From: Kineococcus radiotolerans SRS30216 = ATCC BAA-149 | GTDB taxonomy: Bacteria; Actinomycetota; Actinomycetes; Actinomycetales; Kineococcaceae | NCBI RefSeq assembly: GCF_000017305.1 | Contig: NC_009664.2 | Span: 1,620,001-1,652,000, forward strand | Reading direction: 5' to 3' | DNA: 32,000 nucleotides | Shown here: positions 1 to 8,775 of the stretch, piece after piece | How the letters are laid out: every line of letters starts with the position of its first letter | Numbering within the stretch: position 1 is the first letter of the stretch | Made by a program: the position numbers and the translations under genes | The notes under the pieces: model-generated | Told to the model about the DNA's origin: nothing | Database searches by the model: none | The model's input: the letters and a program-made list of their open reading frames with translations, nothing else

Positions 1-323
1 GTGCGCACGGCCAGGCGCGCGGCGGCCTCACGACCCTCGAAGGTGGAGGCGACCAGCAGCAGCGAGGCCCCGACGTCGCCGAGGACGGCCTGCAGGGCGT
101 CCACGACCGAGGCCGTCAGCCCGGGGTCGGCGCCCTCGACGTCCACCCGGTGCACCGTGCCCGCTCCGTGCGCGGCGAGGACGTCGACCGGCGGGGTGGA
201 CCCGATCCAGACGGCGTGCACGTCGCGGCCGAGCCGGCGGGCGAGGGTGAGCAGTTCGAGGGAGGTCGGGCGCGCGGCGCCCTCGGCGTGGTCGACGAGG
301 ACCACCACGGCGTCGTCGTTCAC
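1..323 (-). CDS. etfA: Electron transfer flavoprotein alpha subunit (EtfA/FixB), N-terminal part only; the gene runs off the window start
   Basis: Not in the supplied track. Hand translation of the minus strand from GTG at 323 gives VNDDAVVVLVDHAEGAARPTSLELLTLARRLGRDVHAVWIG...LLLVASTFEGREAAARLAVR, a typical ETF-alpha N-terminus. The GTG overlaps the etfB stop (GTGA at 320-323). Codon position 3 is almost all G/C. The listed + ORF 1..384 is its shadow. Confidence 0.7.
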   Translation of the reverse strand, partial: MNDDAVVVLVDHAEGAARPTSLELLTLARRLGRDVHAVWIGSTPPVDVLAAHGAGTVHRVDVEGADPGLTASVVDALQAVLGDVGASLLLVASTFEGREAAARLAVR

Positions 324-1135
324 GCGAAGCCCTTCTGCGACAGGTAGTCCACCAGGGCGGGGACGGTCTCGGCGTCGCCGGTGACGAGGACGCGGTCGGG
401 ACGTTCGGGGCGCGGTTGCGCCGTGACGATGCGGGTGGTGGACCCGTCGGCGCCGACCGTCGCGGGGGCCACGCCGAGGTCGGCGAGGGTCCAGACGGTG
501 ACCGGGTGCTTGCGCGCGGCCATGATCCCCTTGAAGTTCGGGAACCGGGGGCGGAAGGCCTGGTCGGTCACCGACAGCACCGCGGGGGCGGGGGCGGTGA
601 GGACCTCCACGTCGGTGGAGGTCTCGCGCTGGACCCGCACGACGCGCCCGTCGGGGCCGTCGGTCACGGTGATCTCGTCGGCCAGGGTGAGCTGCGGCCA
701 GCCGAGGAGCTCGGCCAGGGCCGCCGGGACCAGCGAGGTGAGCCCGTCGAGGCCGGCCATCCCGGCCACGACGAGGTCGACGGGGCTCTCGGCGTGCAGC
801 TTCGCGACCGCGGCGGCCAGGACGCGGGCGGTCGCGATCGCGTCGGAGCCGGCGACGGCCCCGTCGCTGACGTGCACCGCGCCGGAGGCCCCCATCGCCA
901 GCCCGCGCCGCAGCGCCTCGACGGCGTGGGCGGGACCGACGGTCAGGACGGTGACGTCGTGGCCCTCCCCGGGGAAGCCCGCGGCCTCGGCCGTGCGCAA
1001 CCCCGCTTCGAGGGCGTCCTCGTCGAGCTCGTTGAGGGTGTCGTCGTCCCCGCCGCGGACCAGGCGGCCGTCCTCGCCGAGGGAACGGGGCGACTGGATG
1101 TCGGGGACGTGCTTGACGCAGACGACGACGCGCAC
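320..1135 (-). CDS. etfB: Electron transfer flavoprotein beta subunit (EtfB/FixA)
   Basis: 271 aa. N-terminus MRVVVCVKHVPD..., and length and overall pattern typical of ETF-beta. GTG start 1 nt after the fprA stop; followed by etfA with a 4-nt overlap. Confidence 0.9.
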   Translation of the reverse strand: MRVVVCVKHVPDIQSPRSLGEDGRLVRGGDDDTLNELDEDALEAGLRTAEAAGFPGEGHDVTVLTVGPAHAVEALRRGLAMGASGAVHVSDGAVAGSDAIATARVLAAAVAKLHAESPVDLVVAGMAGLDGLTSLVPAALAELLGWPQLTLADEITVTDGPDGRVVRVQRETSTDVEVLTAPAPAVLSVTDQAFRPRFPNFKGIMAARKHPVTVWTLADLGVAPATVGADGSTTRIVTAQPRPERPDRVLVTGDAETVPALVDYLSQKGFA

Positions 1136-1136
1136 G

Positions 1137-2519
1137 TCAGGCCAGCCCGCGCGCGGCCTTGATCATGTCCTCGCGGGACACGACCTTGACGCGCTCACGG
1201 CCGTGCGGCTCGCCCAGGGAGCGCTCGAAGGCGTCGATGGCCTCCCAGTCGGTCCAGGTGAGGACGTCGACGCCCTTGTCCCGCAGGAAGTCCAGGATCG
1301 CCTGCGGGTCCGGCTGCTCGGCGCGGGCGAGGCCGGCGGCGTCGGAGACCAGGTGCTTGACCGTCTCGGAGGCGTCGGACTTGGTGTGGCCGATGAGCCC
1401 CACCGGGCCGCGCTTGATCCAGCCCGTGCAGTACACCCCGGGCAGGTGCTCGCCCTCGGGGGCCAGCACGCGGCCCTCGTGGTTGGAGATGACCCCGGCG
1501 AGCTCGTCGAAGGGGATCCCGGGCAGCGGGGAGCCGAAGTAGCCGACCGCGCGGTAGACGGCCTGGACGTCCCAGTCGTGGACGTCGCCGGTGCCCTCCA
1601 CGGTGCCGTCGCCCACGAGGCGGGTGCGCTCGGTGCGCAGCCCCGACACGTGGCCGTCGGTGGTGACGATCTCGACGGGGGCGTGCAGGAAGTGCAGGTG
1701 GATGCGCCGCGAGGCGGTCGACTCCCCCTCCTTCAGCGTCCAGTCGGTGAGGGTCTTCACGACCTGCTTGGTCTGGTTGGACGTCGCGATGGCCCGCTCG
1801 GAGCCCTCGTCGAACTCGAAGTCCTCCGGGTCGACGAGGACGTCGACGTCGGGGACGTGGCCGAGCTCGCGCAGCTCCAGCGGGGAGAACTTCGCCTGCG
1901 CCGGGCCGCGGCGGGCGAAGACGTGCACGTCCTTGACCTTCGAGGCCTTCAGGCCCTCGTAGACGTTGGCGGGGATGTCGGTGGGCAGCAGGTCGTCGGC
2001 GTGCTTGGCCAGGATCCGCGCCACGTCGAGGGCGACGTTGCCGGCGCCGAGGACGGCGACGGTCTCGGCCTCCAGGGGCCACTCGCGCGGGTAGTCCGGG
2101 TGCGCGTCGTACCAGGAGACGAAGTCGGCGGCGCCGTAGCTCTCGGGGGCGTCCACGCCGGGGATCGCGAGCGCGGCGTCCCTGATCGAGCCGGTGGAGA
2201 ACACGACGGCGTCGTAGTGGCGCTGGAGGTCCTCGAGGGTGACGTCGGTGCCGAAGTCCACGTTGGTCAGCAGCCGGACGTCCCCGCGGCTGAGCACCTT
2301 CTGCAGCGCGACGACGATCTGCTTGATGCGGGGGTGGTCCGGCGCGACGCCGTAGCGGACGAGGCCGAAGGGCGCGGGGAGGCGCTCGAAGAGGTCGATG
2401 CCGACGCCGTCGAAACCGGTCGCGCTCAGGTCGGCCTTGGAGAGGATGTCGGAGGCGTAGATCCCGGCCGGTCCGGCTCCCACGACGGCGACGCGCAGCG
2501 GACGGTTCGAATCGGTCAC
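1137..2519 (-). CDS. fprA: NADPH-ferredoxin (adrenodoxin-type) reductase, FprA family
   Basis: 460 aa. Two dinucleotide-binding motifs (VAVVGAGPAG near the N-terminus, VAVLGAGNVALD mid-protein), plus GVAPDHP and GWIKRGP motifs characteristic of adrenodoxin reductase/FprA-type enzymes. Confidence 0.85.
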   Translation of the reverse strand: MTDSNRPLRVAVVGAGPAGIYASDILSKADLSATGFDGVGIDLFERLPAPFGLVRYGVAPDHPRIKQIVVALQKVLSRGDVRLLTNVDFGTDVTLEDLQRHYDAVVFSTGSIRDAALAIPGVDAPESYGAADFVSWYDAHPDYPREWPLEAETVAVLGAGNVALDVARILAKHADDLLPTDIPANVYEGLKASKVKDVHVFARRGPAQAKFSPLELRELGHVPDVDVLVDPEDFEFDEGSERAIATSNQTKQVVKTLTDWTLKEGESTASRRIHLHFLHAPVEIVTTDGHVSGLRTERTRLVGDGTVEGTGDVHDWDVQAVYRAVGYFGSPLPGIPFDELAGVISNHEGRVLAPEGEHLPGVYCTGWIKRGPVGLIGHTKSDASETVKHLVSDAAGLARAEQPDPQAILDFLRDKGVDVLTWTDWEAIDAFERSLGEPHGRERVKVVSREDMIKAARGLA

Positions 2520-2572
2520 GGCTCTGGGTGTCCCTCTCGGTAGCGGTGCGCGCGGACGGGTGCCGGCGACGT

Positions 2573-2588
2573 GCTTGCACAGGCAAGC
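2573..2588. promoter_or_regulatory. 16-bp inverted repeat GCTTGC-ACAG-GCAAGC in the divergent fprA / rarD promoter region
   Basis: Perfect 6-bp arms with a 4-nt spacer, read directly. Lies in the 102-bp gap between the fprA start (2519, minus) and the rarD ATG (2622, plus). Confidence 0.35.
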
Positions 2589-2621
2589 CTAACGCCGGGC
2601 GCCGACACGGCGGACGCCACG

Positions 2622-3581
2622 ATGGCCCGTGTGGACCACCGCGACGCACGGCGCACCGAGTCTCCCCCGGGCGGGCACGCGACGCGCACCGGGATCCTGG
2701 CCGGCCTCGCCTGCTACGGCCTGTGGGGGCTGTTCCCCTTCTACTTCCACGCCCTGCTGCCGACCGGCGCGGTGGAGCTGCTGGCCTGGCGGGTGGTGTG
2801 GTCGCTGGTGCTGTCGGTGCTGGTCGTGACCGCGACGCGGCGCTGGGCGCGGGTGCTGACCGTCCTGCGCTCCCCCGCCCAGCGCGGGCTGCTCGCGCTG
2901 GCGGCCGTGGCGATCGCGGTCAACTGGGGCGTCTACGGCCTGGCCGTGGTGACCGGCCACGTCCTGGAGGCGTCGCTGGGGTACTTCGTCAACCCGCTGC
3001 TGACCGTCCTGCTGGGGGTGGTGGTCCTGCGGGAGCGGCTGCGCCCCACCCAGTGGGTCGCGGTGGCGATCGGGCTGGGCGCGGTGGTGGTCATCACCGC
3101 CGACCTGGGGCGGCTGCCGTGGATGGCGCTCACCCTGGCGGCCTCCTTCGGCAGCTACGGGCTGCTGAAGAACCGACTCGCGCGGCGGGGGGCGGGGGTG
3201 GACCCGCTGACCGGGCTGACGGTGGAGACGGGGTTCCTGCTCCTGCCGGCGGTGGCGGCGCTGGCCGTCCTCGGCGACCGGCTGACGTTCACCGGGTACG
3301 GCGGCGGGCACACCGCGCTGCTGGTGCTGGCCGGCCCCACGACGCTGCTGCCGCTGCTGCTGTTCGCCGTCGCCGCGGGCCGGGTGCCGCTGAGCGTCAT
3401 CGGGATGCTGCAGTACCTGACGCCGGTGCTGCAGTTCGGCGCGGCCCTGGTGCTCGGGGAGACGATGCCGGCCTCGCGCTGGATCGGCTTCGGGCTGGTC
3501 TGGGTGGCGCTGGCGGTCCTCACCGCCGACGCGCTGCGCCACCAGCGCCGCCGGGTCCTCCCCGCGCCCGCCGGGGGCTGA
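2622..3581 (+). CDS. rarD: RarD/EamA-family (DMT superfamily) permease
   Basis: Polytopic membrane protein with the RarD-like N-terminal signature GILAGLACYGLWGLFPFYF and a repeated EamA-like architecture. Start placed at ATG 2622 (MARVDH...); the track ORF begins at GTG 2571, so the start is uncertain. Confidence 0.75.
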   Translation: MARVDHRDARRTESPPGGHATRTGILAGLACYGLWGLFPFYFHALLPTGAVELLAWRVVWSLVLSVLVVTATRRWARVLTVLRSPAQRGLLALAAVAIAVNWGVYGLAVVTGHVLEASLGYFVNPLLTVLLGVVVLRERLRPTQWVAVAIGLGAVVVITADLGRLPWMALTLAASFGSYGLLKNRLARRGAGVDPLTGLTVETGFLLLPAVAALAVLGDRLTFTGYGGGHTALLVLAGPTTLLPLLLFAVAAGRVPLSVIGMLQYLTPVLQFGAALVLGETMPASRWIGFGLVWVALAVLTADALRHQRRRVLPAPAGG

Positions 3582-3608
3582 CCCGGGCGGGGCGGGCGAC
3601 CCGCGTCC

Positions 3609-4895
3609 TCACCGGGGGGCCGGGCCGAGGGCCGCGACGGCGTCGGCGACGGCGTCCGGGCCGCCCACGTTGCCCGGGACGACGACCTGGTGGACCTCGC
3701 GCCCGTCGCGGGCGGTCATCCGCCACACCGAGATGCCCGCCGCGACCTGGCCCTCGACGAGGGCGGACGTGGCCCCCAGACCGGTGCGGGCGACCTCGGC
3801 GGCGGTGATCCCGCCCTTGCTGACCACGGCGTCGACCTGCGGGAGCAGCTCCCGGACGGCCGTGGTCAGCGCGGTCATCACCGCCTCGCCGTGGGCGAGG
3901 GTCCCGTGGTCGGCCATCCGGACCCGCTCGCTGGCGAGGGTGACGACCCCCTGCCGGGCCAGGACGCGCCCGGCGCGCTCGGCCAGCTCCCGCCCCGCGG
4001 CCACCGGGTCGTCGAGGGCGTCGGCGGTCGCCACCACCTCGAACTCCCCCCACGTCCGGCCCAGCACCCGCAGCTGCTCCTGCGCCCCGGCGGTGTGCGA
4101 CCCGCACACCACCAGCGTCCGCGGCGGGTGCGGCACCAGCGGGCGGGGCAGCAGGCCCGTGCTGACGACACCGGCGAGGGCCGCGGCCAGCGGGGCGGCG
4201 CAGCGCACCACGACCTCCCGCCCGGCCCCGCGGACGGCGTCGGCCAGGGCGGCCACGTCGGCGTCGGTCTCGACGTCGGGCACCAGCACCGAACCCGCCG
4301 GGGCCTGGGCGAACCGCCCGGCCAGCGCCGCCGGGTCGCGCACCACCACCAGCGGGACGCCGACGCCCGTGCGCCCGGACTTCTCGGCGACGTAGTCCAC
4401 CAGCCGGGAGCTGCGGAACCCGAACACCGGGTCCGCGGCGTACTCCGTCTCCCCCACCGGGACGTCGCCGTCGGCGGTGCGGACGAGGTGGACGCCGTCC
4501 ACCGTCGTCCGGCCCCCGGCGGGGAAGGCGGGGACGAGCAGGACGACGTCGTCGGGGCCCGCGAAGACGCCGGTCTCGGCGAACACGTGCCCGCGCAGGG
4601 TGGAGTCCCCGCGCAGGACGAAGCGCACGTCCACCCCGAGCCGGCGTCCCGCCTCCAGGGCGTCCTCGCGGACGCGGGTGACCAGCGCGACCGCCGTCGC
4701 CTCGTCCAGGGCCCGGGAGTTCGTCTGGACGTAGACGCTCCCGGCCCCGCGCAGCGCCGCCTCCAGGCGGTCGGCGTCGCACTCCAGGAGCACCTGGACC
4801 CCGCTCGCCGCTTGGGTGCCGGTGGGGTCGTCGTCCAGCACCACGGTCCGGGACCCGGTCGCCGTCGGGTTCTGCGTCGGGGTCGTCGTCGTCAC
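3609..4895 (-). CDS. Four-carbon acid sugar kinase family protein (DUF1537, OtnK/DtnK-like)
   Basis: 428 aa. N-terminal VLDDDPTGTQ motif, C-terminal nucleotide-binding part ending ...VSKGGITA...VVPGNVGGPDAV, and a size typical of this family. Substrate unknown. Confidence 0.6.
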   Translation of the reverse strand: MTTTTPTQNPTATGSRTVVLDDDPTGTQAASGVQVLLECDADRLEAALRGAGSVYVQTNSRALDEATAVALVTRVREDALEAGRRLGVDVRFVLRGDSTLRGHVFAETGVFAGPDDVVLLVPAFPAGGRTTVDGVHLVRTADGDVPVGETEYAADPVFGFRSSRLVDYVAEKSGRTGVGVPLVVVRDPAALAGRFAQAPAGSVLVPDVETDADVAALADAVRGAGREVVVRCAAPLAAALAGVVSTGLLPRPLVPHPPRTLVVCGSHTAGAQEQLRVLGRTWGEFEVVATADALDDPVAAGRELAERAGRVLARQGVVTLASERVRMADHGTLAHGEAVMTALTTAVRELLPQVDAVVSKGGITAAEVARTGLGATSALVEGQVAAGISVWRMTARDGREVHQVVVPGNVGGPDAVADAVAALGPAPR

Positions 4896-4950
4896 GTCCG
4901 GCAGTAGACCAGACCCGCGCCGGGGGGTCGTGGCGGGCGCCGCGCTGGGG

Positions 4951-4956
4951 CAGAGT
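4951..4956 (+). promoter_or_regulatory. Candidate -10 hexamer CAGAGT, 7 nt upstream of the ligC GTG (leaderless architecture)
   Basis: CAGAGT-gggggcc-GTG(4964). The identical CAGAGT-N7-start arrangement recurs at 27325-27340. Confidence 0.3.
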
Positions 4957-4963
4957 GGGGGCC

Positions 4964-6016
4964 GTGGACCTGCCGGTGAACCCGCCCGTCGAGCCGATGC
5001 TGGCCAAGGCGGCCTCCGGGCTGCCGCCGCAGCCCGACGGCGACCCGGCCTGGCTCTACGAGCCCAAGTGGGACGGGTTCCGGTGCGTGGTGTTCCGCGA
5101 CGGCGAGGAGGTCGAGCTCAGCTCCCGCAACGGGCGGGGGCTGACGCGGTACTTCCCCGAGGTCGTCGCGGCCGTGCGGGCCGAGCTGCCCGAGCGGTGC
5201 GTCGTCGACGGCGAGCTGTTCGTCCCCGGTCCCGGTGGGGGCCGGCTGTCGTGGGACCTGCTCTCCCAGCGCATCCACCCCGCCGCCAGCCGGGTCGAGC
5301 TGCTCGCCGTGGAGACCCCGGCGCAGTTCGTCGCCTTCGACCTGCTCGCCCTGGGCGGGGAGGACCTCACCGGGGCCTCGACCGCGGTGCGCCGCGAGCG
5401 GCTGGAGACGGCGCTCGCCGGGTGCGGTCCCACCACCCACGTCACGACGGCCACCCGCGACGCCGACGTCGCGGCGCGGTGGTTCACCACGTTCGAGGGC
5501 GCCGGCCTCGACGGGGTCGTCGCGAAACCCCTGGACTCCCCCTACCTCCCGGGCGAACGGGTCATGACGAAGGTGAAGCACCGCCGCACCGCCGACTGCG
5601 TCGTCGTGGGGTACCGCCTGCACAAGAGCTTCCCCGGGATCGGGTCGATGCTGCTGGGGCTGCGGACCGACGAGGGGACCGCGTTCGTGGGGGGCGCGGC
5701 GGCGTTCACCAAGCCCCGCCGGGTGGAGCTGCTGGAGCAGCTGTCGGCGCTGCGGACGGGCGAGGAGAACGCCGAGGGCGAGAAGAACCGGTGGAACGCC
5801 CGCGAGGACAACTCCTGGGTCCCGGTTCGCCAGGAACTGGTCTGCGAGGTCGAGTACGACCAGCTGGAGGGGCTGCGGTTCCGCCACAACCCGCGGTTCC
5901 TGCGCTGGCGGCCGGACAAGACCCCCGAGGAGTGCCGCCTCGACCAGCTCGACGTCCCCGCCGACTACGACCTCGCCGACGTCCTGTCCGGGGCCTCGCG
6001 GGCAGGTGCGGCGTGA
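4964..6016 (+). CDS. ligC: ATP-dependent DNA ligase, stand-alone LigC-type (ligase domain only)
   Basis: Adenylation motif I EPKWDGFR, an OB-fold C-terminal part, about 350 aa. Start set at GTG 4964 (VDLPVNPPVEPMLAK...); the track ORF starts at GTG 4955. The stop overlaps the next gene's start (GTGA at 6013-6016). Confidence 0.85.
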   Translation: MDLPVNPPVEPMLAKAASGLPPQPDGDPAWLYEPKWDGFRCVVFRDGEEVELSSRNGRGLTRYFPEVVAAVRAELPERCVVDGELFVPGPGGGRLSWDLLSQRIHPAASRVELLAVETPAQFVAFDLLALGGEDLTGASTAVRRERLETALAGCGPTTHVTTATRDADVAARWFTTFEGAGLDGVVAKPLDSPYLPGERVMTKVKHRRTADCVVVGYRLHKSFPGIGSMLLGLRTDEGTAFVGGAAAFTKPRRVELLEQLSALRTGEENAEGEKNRWNAREDNSWVPVRQELVCEVEYDQLEGLRFRHNPRFLRWRPDKTPEECRLDQLDVPADYDLADVLSGASRAGAA

Positions 6017-7038
6017 GCGCGAAGGCCCCCGCGGAGGAGATCGACGTCGACGGGATCCCCGTCCGGCTCACCTCCCCGGACAAGACGTACTACCCGGAGC
6101 TCGGGGCGGCCGGGTCCAAGCGCGCCGTGGTGGAGCACTACCGGCTCGTCGCCCCGGTGCTGCTGACCGCGCTGGGGGACCGGCCGACGTACCTGCAGCG
6201 CTTCCCCGACGGGATCGCGGGCGAGGAGGTCTACCAGAAGCGGGTGCCGAGGTTCGCCCCGGAGTTCGTCGACACCGTCCACGTGACGTTCCCCTCCGGG
6301 CGCACCGCCGACGCGGTCCTGCCCACGAACGCCGCGACGCTGGTGTGGGCCGCGCAGCAGTCGACCGTCACCTTCCACCCCTGGCCCTGCACCGCCCCCG
6401 ACGTCGACCACCCCGACGAGCTGCGCATCGACCTCGACCCCCAGCCCGGGACGGGTTTCGCGCAGGCCCGCGACGTGGCCCGCGACGTGCTGCACCCGCT
6501 GCTGACCGAGCTGGGCTACGCGGCGGCGGTCAAGACCTCCGGCGGGCGCGGGGTCCACGTGTTCGTGACGATCGAGCCGCGCTGGACGTTCACCGAGGTC
6601 CGCCGCGCCGGGATCGCCCTGGCCCGCGAGGTCGAGCGCCGCGCCGACGGCCTCGTCACCACCTCGTGGTGGAAGGAGGAGCGCGGGGAGACCGTGTTCG
6701 TCGACTACAACCAGAACGCCCGCGACCGCACGATGGCCAGCGCGTACTCGCTGCGCCGCACCCCCCGCGCGACCGTCTCGACCCCGCTGACCTGGGACGA
6801 GCTGGGGTCCGACGTCGACCCCGATGACTTCACCCTCACGACGTTCCCCGCCCGCCTCGCCGCGGTCGGGGACCTCTGGGCGCAGCGGCGGGCGGTGGCG
6901 CACTCGCTGGACCCGCTGCTGGCGATGGCCGACCGCGACGCCGGGGAGGGTCTCGGGGACCTGCCCTACCCGCCCAGCTACCCGAAGGTGCCCGGGGAGC
7001 CGAAGCGGGTGCAGCCCTCCCGCGCCCGCCACGACTGA
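6013..7038 (+). CDS. LigD-type polymerase/primase domain protein (archaeo-eukaryotic primase fold, Prim-PolC-like)
   Basis: 341 aa, in frame with the last part of track ORF 4816..7038: VSAKAPAEEIDVDGIPVRLTSPDKTYYPE...ELRIDLDP...KTSGGRGVHVFV...VFVDYNQNARDRT. This is the classical LigD PolDom motif set. GTG at 6013 overlaps the ligC stop. Confidence 0.85.
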   Translation: MSAKAPAEEIDVDGIPVRLTSPDKTYYPELGAAGSKRAVVEHYRLVAPVLLTALGDRPTYLQRFPDGIAGEEVYQKRVPRFAPEFVDTVHVTFPSGRTADAVLPTNAATLVWAAQQSTVTFHPWPCTAPDVDHPDELRIDLDPQPGTGFAQARDVARDVLHPLLTELGYAAAVKTSGGRGVHVFVTIEPRWTFTEVRRAGIALAREVERRADGLVTTSWWKEERGETVFVDYNQNARDRTMASAYSLRRTPRATVSTPLTWDELGSDVDPDDFTLTTFPARLAAVGDLWAQRRAVAHSLDPLLAMADRDAGEGLGDLPYPPSYPKVPGEPKRVQPSRARHD

Positions 7039-7167
7039 CCCCGCCCGGGACCCGCGGGGCCCCTCCCCCGACGGGTGGCGGCGGGGCGTTCAAGCGGGAG
7101 CGGGGTGGTGCCGATGGAACGGGCAGTGACCGGCGGGCGCCGGCCCGCAACGTCCCGGAGGACCCCG

Positions 7168-8775
7168 ATGTCGAGCACCGCGCCGCGTTCCCCCCGTGCC
7201 TTCGCCGACCGGAGCGTGCGCACGAAGGTGCTCAGCTCCCTCGCGGCCCTGGCCCTGGTGACCGTGGGGGTCAGCGCCGGCTCCCTCGTCGCCCTGCAGC
7301 AGGGCAGCGACCGCTCCGAGGCGCTCTACCGGGACGGCGTCGTCGGGCTCACCGCCCTGGGCCGCGTCCACCAGGAGGAGCTCAAGACGCGGATGCTCGT
7401 CGCGCAGCACGCCGCGACCCCCGACGCCGAGGGCAAGGCGGAGGTCCTACAGAAGATCGCCGACAGCGACGCCGAGCTGGACGACTGGGCCGCGAAGTAC
7501 ACCGCGAACGGCTCCGCCGACCCCGAGGGCTGGAAGGCGTTCACCGACACCTGGGAGCAGTGGCGCCAGGCCCGCGACGCCGAGCTGATCCCGCGCTCCG
7601 ACGCGGGCGACCGGGAGGGCTGGGCCACCGCGAACGCCGAGGTCGTGCAGCCGCTGGTGAGCTCGGCCGCGGACACCCTGGACCTCATCGAGGCGGCGGA
7701 GGACGCCGCGGCCAAGGCCACCGCCGACGCCACCGCGACCACCGCCACCCGCTCCCGCAACGCCGTGATCGCCGCGCTGCTGCTGGGCCTGGGCCTGGCC
7801 ACGGCGATCGCGCTCGCCGCGGTCCGCTCCATCGTGCGGCCGCTGCACGCGGTGTCCGCCTCGCTGGAGGCGATGGCCGCGGGTGACCTGACCGTCGGCG
7901 CCACCGTGGACTCCACCGACGAGCTCGGCCAGATGGCCGCCTCCCTGGAGCGGGCCCGCGACAGCGTCCGCAGCACCGTCGCGGCGATCGCGGGCTCGTC
8001 GGCCTCGCTGTCGGCGGCCTCGACCCAGCTGGCCGCCGACAGCGAGCGCATCGGGGTCACCGCCGGGGAGACCGCCTCCGTCGCCGCCGACGCGGCCGGG
8101 ACCGCCGCCACCGTCTCCGCCAGCGTCCAGACCGTCGCGATGGGCGCCAACGAGATGCAGGCCGCAATCCGCGACATCGCCTCCGGCGCCTCCGAGGCCA
8201 CCGCCGTCGCCGCCCGCGCCGACGACCTCGCCGGCCGCGCAGGGGAGACCGTCGCCCGCCTCGGCGTGAGCTCCGCCCAGATCGGCGACGTGGTCAAGGC
8301 CATCACCGCCATCGCCGAGCAGACGAACCTGCTCGCCCTCAACGCCACCATCGAGGCGGCCCGCGCGGGTGAGGCCGGCAAGGGCTTCGCCGTCGTCGCC
8401 GGTGAGGTCAAGGAGCTGTCCGCGCAGACCGCCCGCGCCACCGAGGACATCTCCTCGCGCGTCGGCTCGATCCAGGCCGACACCGCCGAGGCCGTCCGGG
8501 CGATCGAGAGCATCGCCGAGGTCATCTCCGAGATCAGCAACCACCAGACGACGATCGCCTCGGCGGTCGAGGAGCAGCACGCCACCACCGCGGAGATGAG
8601 CCGCAGCGTGACCGAGGCGGCCGCCGGTTCCGGCTCCATCGCCGAGGGCATCCGCGCCATCACCGGTTCCGCGGAGACGACCGCCGCGGTCGTCTCCGGC
8701 ACCCGCGCCGCGACCGACGACCTGCACCGCATGGCCGCCGAGCTCAGCGGTCTGGTGAGCCGCTTCCGCGTCTGA
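7168..8775 (+). CDS. Methyl-accepting chemotaxis protein (N-terminal TM, four-helix-bundle-type periplasmic sensor, second TM, HAMP, MCP signalling domain)
   Basis: Highly conserved signalling hairpin ...[37 protein letters not shown]... and a HAMP-like segment [23 protein letters not shown] 7168 is preceded by GGAGGA at 7157-7162; the track ORF starts earlier (7075). Confidence 0.85.
   Translation: MSSTAPRSPRAFADRSVRTKVLSSLAALALVTVGVSAGSLVALQQGSDRSEALYRDGVVGLTALGRVHQEELKTRMLVAQHAATPDAEGKAEVLQKIADSDAELDDWAAKYTANGSADPEGWKAFTDTWEQWRQARDAELIPRSDAGDREGWATANAEVVQPLVSSAADTLDLIEAAEDAAAKATADATATTATRSRNAVIAALLLGLGLATAIALAAVRSIVRPLHAVSASLEAMAAGDLTVGATVDSTDELGQMAASLERARDSVRSTVAAIAGSSASLSAASTQLAADSERIGVTAGETASVAADAAGTAATVSASVQTVAMGANEMQAAIRDIASGASEATAVAARADDLAGRAGETVARLGVSSAQIGDVVKAITAIAEQTNLLALNATIEAARAGEAGKGFAVVAGEVKELSAQTARATEDISSRVGSIQADTAEAVRAIESIAEVISEISNHQTTIASAVEEQHATTAEMSRSVTEAAAGSGSIAEGIRAITGSAETTAAVVSGTRAATDDLHRMAAELSGLVSRFRV

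Noticed and set aside
2504-2513. GGTTCGAATC, identical to the canonical tRNA T-arm/T-loop consensus
   Set aside because: It lies inside the fprA N-terminal codons (minus strand ...ACC GAT TCG AAC CGT...). I could not build an acceptor stem, anticodon arm or D-arm from the flanks, so it is a coincidental match.
381-2543. 720-aa plus-strand ORF (and 416..1162, 1195..2649) across the etfB/fprA region
   Set aside because: It is antisense or out of frame to genes with unmistakable EtfB and FprA motifs. The translation is Arg/Gly/Val/Asp-rich without recognisable domains.
3520-5007. 495-aa minus ORF and the 3690..4907 plus ORF overlapping the sugar-kinase gene; also the first 399 codons of plus ORF 4816..7038
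   Set aside because: Low-complexity shadow frames. Only the 3609..4895 frame (DDDPTGTQ...PGNVG) and the last 341 codons of 4816..7038 (PolDom motifs) look like genuine proteins.
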